44,157 nucleotides of DNA from Planctomycetota bacterium (GTDB taxonomy: Bacteria > Planctomycetota > GCA-002687715 > DRQF01), in assembly GCA_027001995.1 (NCBI GenBank), contig JALTLO010000182.1:1-44157 (forward strand). Direction: 5' to 3'. Of the stretch, positions 1 to 9,123 are shown piece by piece. The notes below the pieces were generated by a model, which was given only the letters and a program-made list of their open reading frames with translations, had not been told where the DNA came from and made no database searches. The stretch's first letter is position 1, and the number at the start of each line of letters is the position of its first letter. Position numbers and translations under genes: made by a program.

Positions 1-621
1 GAAGAGAACAATGCCTTTTCTGGGGCTGATACAGACATCAATGCCCAGTTTGCTGCCTTGGAAGTCTCCTACGATTTCGATTGGTTGCGCCTGCGGGTCT
101 ACGGCATGTACGCTTCGGGTGACGACAATCCCCGGGATGGTAAGGCAGAGGCTTTTGATGCCATTGTTGATGCTCCCAACTTTGCCGGCGGTGAGTTCTC
201 TTATTTCAACCGTCAGGAAGTGAGGCTCTTGGGAGTTGGTCTGACTCCAAGGTTTAGTTTCTTGCCTGACCTGACGGCTTCCAAGTTCGAAGGTCAGTCA
301 AACTTTGTGAACCCAGGTTTGTTCCTCTTTGGAGCGGCGGTGGATGCAGAATTAACACCCACCTGGCGTGCTCAACTTGGTTTTAACTATCTTCGGTTTG
401 CCCAAACTGAGACCCTGGAAACCTATTTGCAACTCGAGAGTGTCGAGAATGAAATCGGATGGGAAGTCTTCTTCGGTTCCACTTATCGTCCTTTATTGAC
501 AAATAATATTATTATTACTGCTGGTGCTTCAGCTCTGTTTCCCGGTGACGGCATGCAGAAACTCTACCAGCAGAACAAGGTGCTCTACTCTGTGTTCCTT
601 GATGTGACCATCACGTATTGA
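1..621 (+). CDS. Outer-membrane beta-barrel (porin-like) protein, 5'-truncated by the window edge
   Basis: Frame 1 is open from base 1 (EENNAFSGADTDINAQFAALEVSYDF...). Alternating amphipathic strands, a YASGD motif and a C-terminal beta-signal ending in an aromatic residue (VFLDVTITY). Confidence 0.75.
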   Translation, partial: EENNAFSGADTDINAQFAALEVSYDFDWLRLRVYGMYASGDDNPRDGKAEAFDAIVDAPNFAGGEFSYFNRQEVRLLGVGLTPRFSFLPDLTASKFEGQSNFVNPGLFLFGAAVDAELTPTWRAQLGFNYLRFAQTETLETYLQLESVENEIGWEVFFGSTYRPLLTNNIIITAGASALFPGDGMQKLYQQNKVLYSVFLDVTITY

Positions 622-653
622 GCGGATCCATGAACCCAGTCGAATCTGAACAT

Positions 654-3600
654 ATGAAAAGTCGCAGTCACTTTGGCCTGGCGGTCATCGGCAGCACGAC
701 ATCCCTATTGGCTCTGTTGATTGTTGTCGTGAGCTGTAGTCACGATCCAAGACCAGCCTACCAAGCGTCCCAAGAACCTGAGCTTGGTATGGGGAACGTC
801 AATGGCGTCACCGTTGACTTCGCTGATCAATCTGCAAATCCGGGCCTGGCAGAAAAACGGAGCGCAGGGTGCATGAAGTGTCATGAGAATTCTCATGACC
901 CCCACGGTTCCAATAAGGTCTCTATGTCTTGCGTTGATTGCCACGGTGGCAACGGCTTGGCTGATACCATTGAGGAAGCTCATCCGACGGCCAATCACCC
1001 GGAGCTCTTTCCCACATCTGCCAATCAAGAACGCACATACATGGATTTCATGTATGAGAACTGGGACTTCGTACGTTTTGTCAATCCAGGGGACCTGCGG
1101 GTAGCCCACGTCACCTGTTCTCCATGTCACGCCGAAGAGGTGATGAACGTGAAGAAGTCCGTGATGACCCACGTGGCTCATTTCTGGGGAACTGCGGCCT
1201 ACTCCAACGGGATCGTCTCCCAAAAACGAAGTATTTTTGGCGAGAGCTACAGTCCTCAAGGTCGGGCCCAAGCCATCAAAACCTTTGTTCGCACCGACAC
1301 AGGCTGGCGTGACTTGACCAAGGAAGAGTCGGTCAAGCACAGCATTTCACCTTTGGTGGCTCCTTTGCCTCACTGGGAGATCACTCAGGTTGGTAATATT
1401 TTCCGGGTGTTTGAGCAAGGTAGCCGTTTGGGTGGCCCAGCTCTGGGCTTCAACGGTTTGCCCATTCCCGTTCCCGGAATTCCTGACAAATTGGAAGATC
1501 CAGGGCGGCCCAACAACCGTTTGTCTGACCGTGGTTTGGGAACATCAAATCGTGTGGATCTTCCGGTTCTGAACATTCACAAGAGTCGTCTGAACGATCC
1601 TCATTTGAGTTTCTTGGGGACGAACGACCAGCCTGGGGATTACCGTTCAAGTGGTTGCACGGCTTGCCACGTTGTTTATGCCAATGACCGTGACCCCTTC
1701 CATTCCGGGCCCTACGCCAAGTTTGGCAACATGGGCAAGACCGATCCGAAGAATCCAGATCCCACCATCAGTACCAAGGAATCGGGGCATCCTATTGCCC
1801 ACAAGTTCACCAAGGCGATTCCTTCCAGTAACTGCATGGTTTGCCATATGCATCAGCCCAACTCTTTTGTGAATTCCTATTATGGTTTCACCATGTGGGT
1901 TTATGAGACTGACGGTGATCCGTTTTGGCCCAAAGTTCAGAAAGAGCTTAGCCACGAAGAATTCGTCCAAGGTGTCCTGAAGAACCCAGAGGAAGCTGCG
2001 GTTCGTGGTAATTGGATCGACAACGAATTCCTGAAAGACTCAGCTCCGCGCATCAATCCTAACGCCAAGCATACCCAGTTCGCCGACTATCATGGCCACG
2101 GTTGGATGTTCCGCGCTGCTTTCAAGATGGACCGTAAGGGTAATCTCTTGGACAAGGACGGGAACATCGTTGACTACGATGACCCCAACAAATTTCAGGG
2201 TGCAGTTCCTATCGTTGGCTCAAGCAACAAATACAACACGGCGTTGCCGGGGCATGCTAAGCGGGCGGTCCACTTGAAGGATATCCATGCAGAGAAGGGC
2301 ATGCATTGCGTTGACTGTCATTTCCGCAATGACTCTCATGGGGACGGCAACGTCTACCATGAGTATCAAGCTCAGGTTGAGATCAAGTGTGAAGACTGCC
2401 ACGGCACCACTACCGAGTATGCCACTTTGAAACCGTCTGGTCCTGCCAGCAAGTCCCCCAACCATCGGGCCCTTGACTTGAAGGATATCCGAACGGCCTA
2501 TGACAAACCGCTCTTTGAAATCGGCAAAGACAAAGACGGCTTTCCTCAGTTGATCCAAAATTCCATGGTCAATAAAGGGCAGTCTTGGGTGGTGAGCCAA
2601 GTCAAGAACGCTGTGAACCCTGGCTTCTCTGGTTTCAACGAAAAGGCGTCATACGCCAAGACCATCCAAAAAGACAATATCAAATGGGGCGAAGTCGGTG
2701 CCGATCACGACAAACTGGCTCACAATCCCCAAGGCATGGAGTGTTACGCTTGTCATACGTCTTGGGTAACTGCTTGCTTTGGTTGCCATTTGCCTACCCG
2801 GGCCAACATGAAGACACCCATGCGTCACTTCGATAAGAAGGAATTACGCAACTACGGGACGTACAATCCTCAGGTTGTGCGTGACGCAGAATTTGCCCTG
2901 GGTGTGTCGGGCAACGTCAAAGGCGGAACGATCGCCCCTGTGCGGAGCAGCTCTGCTGTCTTGATTTCGTCGATGGACTCGCAGCGTCGCCAGCTCTACG
3001 AGCAGGTGCCGACCATCGCCTCAAACGGAATGTCAAGCCAAGTGTTCAACACGCACTTTCCCCACACTGTGCGGACGACAGAAACCCGGAAATGCGACGA
3101 ATGCCACGTTTCCGAAGCCAATGACAATAATGCTTGGTTGGCTACGACCTACCTCTTAGGAAGTAATACCGTTGGTTTCATGGGAGTGAATGCCTGGGTG
3201 GGCTGCGGCCCAGAGGGCCTCTATTCTGTCCAGGTGACTGAATATGAAGAGCCACAGGCGATTATCGGCTCGAACCTACACAAGCTGGCTTGGCCCAAGT
3301 ATTACAAGGAGTTTGAGGCCCGAGGTCGCAAGCTACATAAGGACAACCACCATGGAGCCACGGATGTTCGCACCATCCAGTTGCGTGGGGAGTATGTCTA
3401 CACGGCCCAAGGCCGAGGAGGCTTCCGGGTCTACGATGTGGCCAATGTTCACAATAAGGACTTTTCCGAGAAAATCGTGACAGCACCGGTGTCACCCTTG
3501 GGACAGGATACTCACGTGTCGACCTCCTTTGCTACATCTATGGCCTTGCCCTTCAACAATCACATCAGCATGAGCCGTGTTTATCGGCCCGAAAATGAAG

Positions 3601-4535
3601 AGACGTTTGTTGAATACAAAGGCAAGAAGCAAAACATGCACGAGATGTATCGTTATGCTTATGTCAGTGACCGCTATGATGGTCTGGTTGTGATTGACAT
3701 CGATTCCCTTACGGACGGGAACCCCAGCAACAACTTCATCGAGAAGGTTGTCTCCTTCAATCCCAAGGGAATTCTCAATGGCGCTGAAAACCTCGCTGTT
3801 GCTGGAACTACAGTCTATATCTGTTGCGATGCTGGTTTAGTGGCTGTTGATATTGACGACCCCAGGGCACCGAAGATTAAGAAAGTGTTGCCTTGGCCGA
3901 AGGGCGTGAAAACACGTTACGTCGCCATCCAGTTCCGCTACGCCTTTGTTTGCGATAGCGAAGGGCTCACCGTGGTGGATATCACGGTCCCTGAAGAGAT
4001 GCACCCGGTGGAGAAGTTGGAGATTCCAGACGCAAGGAGCATCTACGTTGCTAAAGATTATGGTTACGTGGCTGGGGGCAAAGACGGCTTGATCATTGTT
4101 GATTTGGAAACTCCAACAAACCCCAAGGTCCAGCAGGTCTGGAGTGCCGGGGGTAAGATCAACGATCTTTACGATGTCAAAGTCGCCATGACTTATGATT
4201 CCACCTATGCTTACTTAGCTGATGGTAAGAATGGTCTTCGGGTTGTGCAGTTGGTGTCCGCTGGGGATGGCAAGCGAAGCCCTTACGGTTTCTCGCCACC
4301 ACCAATCCCGAAGTTGATTTCTGAGTTCAAGACAGACGGAAGCTGCATTTGTGTATCTAAGGCTTTGGATCGAGATCGAGCTGTGGATGAAAGCGGCAAT
4401 CAGGTGACGCTGTTTGGCCGTATTGGTGGGCGCCCGATGAATCTCAAAGAGCGCCAAAAGCTCTATATGAAGAATGGTAAGCTCTACCGGGTCACAAATG
4501 AGCCAAAGAACGGGCCTGTAACCCCACGGAAATAG
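654..4535 (+). CDS. Decaheme c-type cytochrome lipoprotein with C-terminal LVIVD-repeat (beta-propeller-like) region
   Basis: 10 CxxCH motifs (CMKCH, CVDCH, CSPCH, CTACH, CMVCH, CVDCH, CEDCH, CYACH, CFGCH, CDECH). Signal ends in a lipobox-like VVVS-C. About 7 LVIVD-type repeats (e.g. YAYVSDRYDGLVVIDI, YGYVAGGKDGLIIVDL). Start is ATG 654 or 630. Confidence 0.85.
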   Translation: MKSRSHFGLAVIGSTTSLLALLIVVVSCSHDPRPAYQASQEPELGMGNVNGVTVDFADQSANPGLAEKRSAGCMKCHENSHDPHGSNKVSMSCVDCHGGNGLADTIEEAHPTANHPELFPTSANQERTYMDFMYENWDFVRFVNPGDLRVAHVTCSPCHAEEVMNVKKSVMTHVAHFWGTAAYSNGIVSQKRSIFGESYSPQGRAQAIKTFVRTDTGWRDLTKEESVKHSISPLVAPLPHWEITQVGNIFRVFEQGSRLGGPALGFNGLPIPVPGIPDKLEDPGRPNNRLSDRGLGTSNRVDLPVLNIHKSRLNDPHLSFLGTNDQPGDYRSSGCTACHVVYANDRDPFHSGPYAKFGNMGKTDPKNPDPTISTKESGHPIAHKFTKAIPSSNCMVCHMHQPNSFVNSYYGFTMWVYETDGDPFWPKVQKELSHEEFVQGVLKNPEEAAVRGNWIDNEFLKDSAPRINPNAKHTQFADYHGHGWMFRAAFKMDRKGNLLDKDGNIVDYDDPNKFQGAVPIVGSSNKYNTALPGHAKRAVHLKDIHAEKGMHCVDCHFRNDSHGDGNVYHEYQAQVEIKCEDCHGTTTEYATLKPSGPASKSPNHRALDLKDIRTAYDKPLFEIGKDKDGFPQLIQNSMVNKGQSWVVSQVKNAVNPGFSGFNEKASYAKTIQKDNIKWGEVGADHDKLAHNPQGMECYACHTSWVTACFGCHLPTRANMKTPMRHFDKKELRNYGTYNPQVVRDAEFALGVSGNVKGGTIAPVRSSSAVLISSMDSQRRQLYEQVPTIASNGMSSQVFNTHFPHTVRTTETRKCDECHVSEANDNNAWLATTYLLGSNTVGFMGVNAWVGCGPEGLYSVQVTEYEEPQAIIGSNLHKLAWPKYYKEFEARGRKLHKDNHHGATDVRTIQLRGEYVYTAQGRGGFRVYDVANVHNKDFSEKIVTAPVSPLGQDTHVSTSFATSMALPFNNHISMSRVYRPENEETFVEYKGKKQNMHEMYRYAYVSDRYDGLVVIDIDSLTDGNPSNNFIEKVVSFNPKGILNGAENLAVAGTTVYICCDAGLVAVDIDDPRAPKIKKVLPWPKGVKTRYVAIQFRYAFVCDSEGLTVVDITVPEEMHPVEKLEIPDARSIYVAKDYGYVAGGKDGLIIVDLETPTNPKVQQVWSAGGKINDLYDVKVAMTYDSTYAYLADGKNGLRVVQLVSAGDGKRSPYGFSPPPIPKLISEFKTDGSCICVSKALDRDRAVDESGNQVTLFGRIGGRPMNLKERQKLYMKNGKLYRVTNEPKNGPVTPRK

Positions 4536-4604
4536 GCTTCTTCGAGAGTTTCGCCCTGGATGAGGTGGAAACCTCTCCGGTGAGCAGGAAATGAAGGGCT
4601 CAAT

Positions 4605-4649
4605 GCGGCGAGCTCGGCTTTACAAGTCGGGCTCGCCGCTGTATTTATT
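4605..4649 (+). terminator. Putative intrinsic terminator or stabilising hairpin
   Basis: GCGGCGAGCTCGGCTT-TAC-AAGTCGGGCTCGCCGC forms a 16-bp stem (two G-U pairs) followed by TGTATTTATT. Confidence 0.5.
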
Positions 4650-4683
4650 AGGAATCAGTGAATTCTCAGGAGACTCTTATCCC

Positions 4684-5748
4684 ATGTCTGAACTTGCTTT
4701 TCGCATTTCGGAGCCAGGCAAGCCCACGAAAGAAGTTCCCATCGAAGTAGGCCTCAGTTTGGGCCGAAGTGATGAGAACACCGTGCCTATCGTTGACAGC
4801 AAGATCTCGGGCCGCCACGCCCATGTCATTGAAAAGGATGGCAAACTGGTCATTGAAGACTTGGGAAGTTCGAATCACACCCACGTCTTAGGGGGAGCGT
4901 CTCTCAAGGGGGGGGAAAGCCACCCCTTATCCGTCGGAACCATGATCCAATTGGGCGATACCAAATTGATCGTTGTCGCGGCGGGTAAGTCTGGCGGTGC
5001 CGATAAGACTGTGGCTGCCCAAATGATCACCCTGGACGGTGGGGCCGATGACGAGCCTGGGGGGGCGGCGGCCAACTTGGCCATGTTGGCGGCGTTTAAG
5101 GCTGCACGGGGCCGCATTGTCGTGGCTAATGAGGCGTTTCGGCAAATTGCCGATGTTGACAAGATCGAATACATCGTTGGACGCAATGGTGAGTCGACCC
5201 ATCTTTCCATCGACCACAAGGCTGTTTCCAGCAGTCACGCTGCCATTCGTTTCGAGAACAAGCGGTTTACCATTGAGGACTTGGGGAGCGCCAATGGCAC
5301 ATTCGTTGATGGCGAAAAGCTCGTTCCCAATGACAAGAAACCTCTGAAGTCAGAATCTCACATTCGATTTGGTTCAATCGACACGCTTTTCGTTGTGACT
5401 TCTGATTCATCTGGCTCGACCCCAGATTCAAAGCGCTATCGCAATGCAGTGGAAGTCTTGATTCACGAGGGTACGCTCCCGGCTTCTCAGCGAGACGAAG
5501 CGATTCGGGAGGCCCAAGCTAGTCACCATCATCCCGGTGAGGTTCTTCTCCAAAAGGGACTACTCACAGTGGAAGAGTGGCTTTCGGCCTACAAGAAAGC
5601 GGAGTTTTTTGTTGCCCCCCGTGCCCTCGGGGGAGGATCTCAGGGAGGTGGCGGCAGCAAGAAATTCTTGATCGCCTTAGTGATTCTTTTGCTGGCTGTC
5701 ATTGTCGTCTTGGTGGTGAAACCAGGGTTGTTAGGGCTGGGGGGCTAA
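4684..5748 (+). CDS. Tandem FHA-domain protein with degenerate MshEN-like segment and C-terminal membrane anchor
   Basis: FHA1 LGRS...SGRHA...DLGSSNHT; FHA2 VGRN...SSSHA...DLGSANGT. HPGEVLLQKGLLTVEE segment and a C-terminal hydrophobic helix. SD AGGAGA at 4668-4673 supports ATG 4684. Confidence 0.85.
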   Translation: MSELAFRISEPGKPTKEVPIEVGLSLGRSDENTVPIVDSKISGRHAHVIEKDGKLVIEDLGSSNHTHVLGGASLKGGESHPLSVGTMIQLGDTKLIVVAAGKSGGADKTVAAQMITLDGGADDEPGGAAANLAMLAAFKAARGRIVVANEAFRQIADVDKIEYIVGRNGESTHLSIDHKAVSSSHAAIRFENKRFTIEDLGSANGTFVDGEKLVPNDKKPLKSESHIRFGSIDTLFVVTSDSSGSTPDSKRYRNAVEVLIHEGTLPASQRDEAIREAQASHHHPGEVLLQKGLLTVEEWLSAYKKAEFFVAPRALGGGSQGGGGSKKFLIALVILLLAVIVVLVVKPGLLGLGG

Positions 5749-5752
5749 CCTG

Positions 5753-7903
5753 ATGTCGAAATTGCTTCTGCTCGCGACCAGCACTCTTGTGACCTTCTTC
5801 TTGGGGTTGACGCTCTGGGATCATGCTGCTCCGGTCGCCTTATCTGTTGCCCCGAAATTGGCAGAGGCTGATGTCTTTCCTCATGGGAAGCACGTTCACG
5901 GGGAATGGCTGACGTCTCCAGAGGTGAAACGGGATTGCCGCGGTTGCCATGACTTCGATGAGTCCGACGGTGTCAGGCAGCCGGAACAAACCTGCGTTCT
6001 TTGTCACTACGCTTTCGGCCCAGGGCTCGAGAGCCTCAAGGTGGAAGGGTCCATCGAGGCCCTGCCTTCTTCGATTGAAGCCTTTGCCCATGGTGATCAT
6101 GGGAAACTCGATTGCAAAGCATGTCACGCTCCACCGGAAAGTTCTCTCCGAGGAATCGGTGGCCCGATTGTTCCGGATCAGATGTTTATCCCCCAGGGTT
6201 TGGGCTCTTGCGTCAAGTGTCACGACCCCAGTGCCAAGAATCGCCCTGCTAATCGTTCCAAGGACGACGTGGGGTTTCAGGCAGTCATCAATGAAAAGCC
6301 TCGGATGAAGGCTAACCCGGATGCCGTCTTTAAGCACAGCGAACATTTGTCGCCAACTGAAATCAACCGTCAGCAAAACTGCAACACTTGTCACGATAGC
6401 CTGGCGGCTGCCGGCCCAAACATGGGGGATGCTGTTTTCAACAGTGCCTCATGTGGGGAGTGCCATCAGGACGAAAGCGGAGTGAAACTTGAATTCAGAA
6501 CGGAAGTGAGGAAGTACACGAGCCCATCTGATCTCGCCTTCTATCACTCTGACCACGTGACCCCAGAAGCCATGGGTAAGAGTAAGGAACTCAAGGCGAA
6601 AGCCTGCTTCGCTTGTCACGACAAGAATGAAGGCAAAGAAGGCAGGGGTGTGAGTGATTATCCTCTAAGAAGAGGTTTCGACAAGTATCAACAGTGTTCG
6701 ATTTGTCATGCCGAGTCGGATGTTAAATGGCGGGGTTTTGATCATAAGTCTTCCCCCCAAGATGTCACATGGCGCATCCCTGATCATGGGGCCCTGAGCA
6801 AGCAAGGCAACAATTGCACAGCTTGTCACGTCTTTGGGCAAGAATCAGCGATGAAAACCACAAGGCCCATGGGTGAGGTGGGCCGGAGTCGCCCTTCGGT
6901 ATTTGAGATCGTGGAACAAGCTCATCCTCATATTACCGGTTCCAACGACACGAAGAACAAAGATTGCAAGTCTTGTCACATTGCCGAAGCGAAGGTGATT
7001 CCATCGAGAATCAAGGAGAAACGTTTCGCTCATGACGCCCATCTGGGGGCTTCTCCAACGGCTGAGGACTGTCAGACTTGTCATGTCTCGCCCCAGGAGG
7101 GGACGAAAAACCTGATGCAACTCGCCGGTCATGAGGGCATGCAGTTGTCCTATTCTGAAGCTTCCTGCAATGAATGCCACCAGGGGGTCGCTTTGGTCAA
7201 GGCAGGGACGTATACCAAGCAGGTCTCCAAGAATGTTCTCTTTGATCACAGTGATCATGTCACTGCCAAGTCAAGCCCTACGGTTTGCAATGATTGTCAT
7301 GTTCGAGGGGATGGGGGCGAATTTCGAGAGTTCGTTTTTCAGGATGGGGTGAAAGACTGTAGTCAATGCCATGACCATGGAGAGAAGAACTTCAAGAACA
7401 CAGGCAACAAGAATCAAGCCTATGTGAATGGCTGCGTCGCTTGCCACGAAGTTCATGTGAAAGGCATTCCAGCGCTCAACTCAGAGCTCCCAGCCAGTCG
7501 GGTTGATATCCATGCTATCAATGGTTCCCAATTCCATCCTTTGCCTTCGAAGATGGCTTGTTCCAAGTGTCACCGCCCAGGTTTCACTCAGGATAAATTG
7601 GTGGAAAGTCAATTTGACGTGGTGAAGTCGGAATTTACCAACTACCAACGTGGGCAAGGGAAAGGAACTTCCTTCCATTCTAAGCACAAGGACATGGGAG
7701 AAGCGCTGCCTCAGGAATGCTACGCTTGTCACTGGAATAATTTCACCAAACTTCAGACTACAGTGGTAAGAGTGGCCGATGAGTTGGGCAAGGCGCGCTC
7801 CATTGGCAGGTCTCAGCCCCATAGCAATCCCAAGAAGGCGAGTGTCGTTCGTGGGGCCTTAGGAAACATGATTAAGGGCTATCCAGGAAGACTGTCCAAA
7901 TGA
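5753..7903 (+). CDS. Multiheme cytochrome c (17 CxxCH), cytochrome c3/c7-like modules, exported
   Basis: N-terminal signal/anchor, 17 CxxCH motifs, and recurring FxHxxH distal-ligand motifs (FPHGKH, FAHGDH, FKHSEH, FYHSDH, FAHDAH, FDHSDH). Confidence 0.9.
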   Translation: MSKLLLLATSTLVTFFLGLTLWDHAAPVALSVAPKLAEADVFPHGKHVHGEWLTSPEVKRDCRGCHDFDESDGVRQPEQTCVLCHYAFGPGLESLKVEGSIEALPSSIEAFAHGDHGKLDCKACHAPPESSLRGIGGPIVPDQMFIPQGLGSCVKCHDPSAKNRPANRSKDDVGFQAVINEKPRMKANPDAVFKHSEHLSPTEINRQQNCNTCHDSLAAAGPNMGDAVFNSASCGECHQDESGVKLEFRTEVRKYTSPSDLAFYHSDHVTPEAMGKSKELKAKACFACHDKNEGKEGRGVSDYPLRRGFDKYQQCSICHAESDVKWRGFDHKSSPQDVTWRIPDHGALSKQGNNCTACHVFGQESAMKTTRPMGEVGRSRPSVFEIVEQAHPHITGSNDTKNKDCKSCHIAEAKVIPSRIKEKRFAHDAHLGASPTAEDCQTCHVSPQEGTKNLMQLAGHEGMQLSYSEASCNECHQGVALVKAGTYTKQVSKNVLFDHSDHVTAKSSPTVCNDCHVRGDGGEFREFVFQDGVKDCSQCHDHGEKNFKNTGNKNQAYVNGCVACHEVHVKGIPALNSELPASRVDIHAINGSQFHPLPSKMACSKCHRPGFTQDKLVESQFDVVKSEFTNYQRGQGKGTSFHSKHKDMGEALPQECYACHWNNFTKLQTTVVRVADELGKARSIGRSQPHSNPKKASVVRGALGNMIKGYPGRLSK

Positions 7904-9120
7904 ACCTGAGTCTATTCAAGTCCGTTCACGGTCCGATTGCGCTGGTGATCTGCGTAGCATCGACAGCTTGGCTTATCGCCATTGGCGCTACTGCCGGCAC
8001 GCGGGCAGGATCGAATCCAACTTATGTTTTGTGGAGTGGCTGGATTGCCGCTGCCCTGATGCTTGTGGCCATGCTTTACTGTGCACGCAAGTACATGCAT
8101 AAGCTCAAATACTCCCCAGAGCTCAAACTGAAGGTCCCCATTTCTTCCTTAGAAGCTTCCGAAGCTGGGTTGAATGATGTGCGGAGAAGAGCCGCCCGAG
8201 GCGACTTTAGTTCCGTGGCAGAAGTCAACAAAGCAGCTCAAAGAGTGGTGATCGATGAAGGTGTGAGTCAAGTCATTGCTGTCTCGACTCGAGCTGGTAA
8301 TCCTGCTGCCGGTGAGTCTCAGTATGTTATCGAAGTGAAACCACCTGAGAAATTCGGCCGCATGACCAAATGGCTTCATGCTCACATTTATTATGGTTTG
8401 GCTTCTGGGGTTTTGGTCTGGCTTCATGGTGGATTTGCCATGACCCATCCCATGGGCATTCTTCTCAATGTCTTGACTGCTCTTGTCATCATTACGGGCA
8501 TCATTGGGATTTTTCTCTTTGCTTATGGCCCCTCTTGGATGACTCGTCACGAGAAGGATTTGAACTTTGAAGAGAACTTCGTGCTCGATGCCAGCCTGAA
8601 GGACAAAATCCGTGACCATTTGGTTGCTGTTAAGAAAACTCTGCCCGATGAAAAAGAGATGGTCGCGGCTTTGGAGAAAGGCTTTGCCAGTGGTAATCAC
8701 GATCGGCTGACGACGGTTTTTAAGTCGTGGAAAGACGCGAAGACAGCCATCGTTGACCTTGCCAACGGCGTTGTTGCTGCGGTGTCTGAAGCTAAAGAAG
8801 AGGCTGTCCCGGCCGCTGCATTTGCATCTTTAAGCAATTCTCCTGTACTGAAGTCAGAGATGGAAAAGGCAGCCCAAGAAGAAGATCCCAAGAAACGTTT
8901 GGCAGGGGTGAAAAAGGTCTTGGCGAACTACACCAAAGAAAACCAATTGGTGGAAGATGCTGTTGTCCTTCTGGGGCAACGCAATGGAACCCGGGCTGGT
9001 TTGGCCCAACTGACTCGCATTAAATTCTTCATGAATGTTTGGCGCGCCATTCACATTCCTGCTTCTTTGGCGCTCTGTGGTCTCATTGTTCTTCACGTTC
9101 TTTCGGTCTGGTGGTACTGA
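7900..9120 (+). CDS. Integral membrane protein, putative diheme cytochrome b (ferric-reductase-like TM domain)
   Basis: About 5 TM helices and two H-x13-H pairs (HIYYGLASGVLVWLH; HIPASLALCGLIVLH). ATGA overlap with the upstream cytochrome gene. Confidence 0.7.
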   Translation: MNLSLFKSVHGPIALVICVASTAWLIAIGATAGTRAGSNPTYVLWSGWIAAALMLVAMLYCARKYMHKLKYSPELKLKVPISSLEASEAGLNDVRRRAARGDFSSVAEVNKAAQRVVIDEGVSQVIAVSTRAGNPAAGESQYVIEVKPPEKFGRMTKWLHAHIYYGLASGVLVWLHGGFAMTHPMGILLNVLTALVIITGIIGIFLFAYGPSWMTRHEKDLNFEENFVLDASLKDKIRDHLVAVKKTLPDEKEMVAALEKGFASGNHDRLTTVFKSWKDAKTAIVDLANGVVAAVSEAKEEAVPAAAFASLSNSPVLKSEMEKAAQEEDPKKRLAGVKKVLANYTKENQLVEDAVVLLGQRNGTRAGLAQLTRIKFFMNVWRAIHIPASLALCGLIVLHVLSVWWY

Positions 9121-9123
9121 TCT

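Noticed and set aside
1..4535. Naming the barrel/decaheme pair mtrB/mtrA or mtrC
   Set aside because: Ten hemes alone is not diagnostic. The size, heme spacing and LVIVD repeats do not match Mtr proteins.
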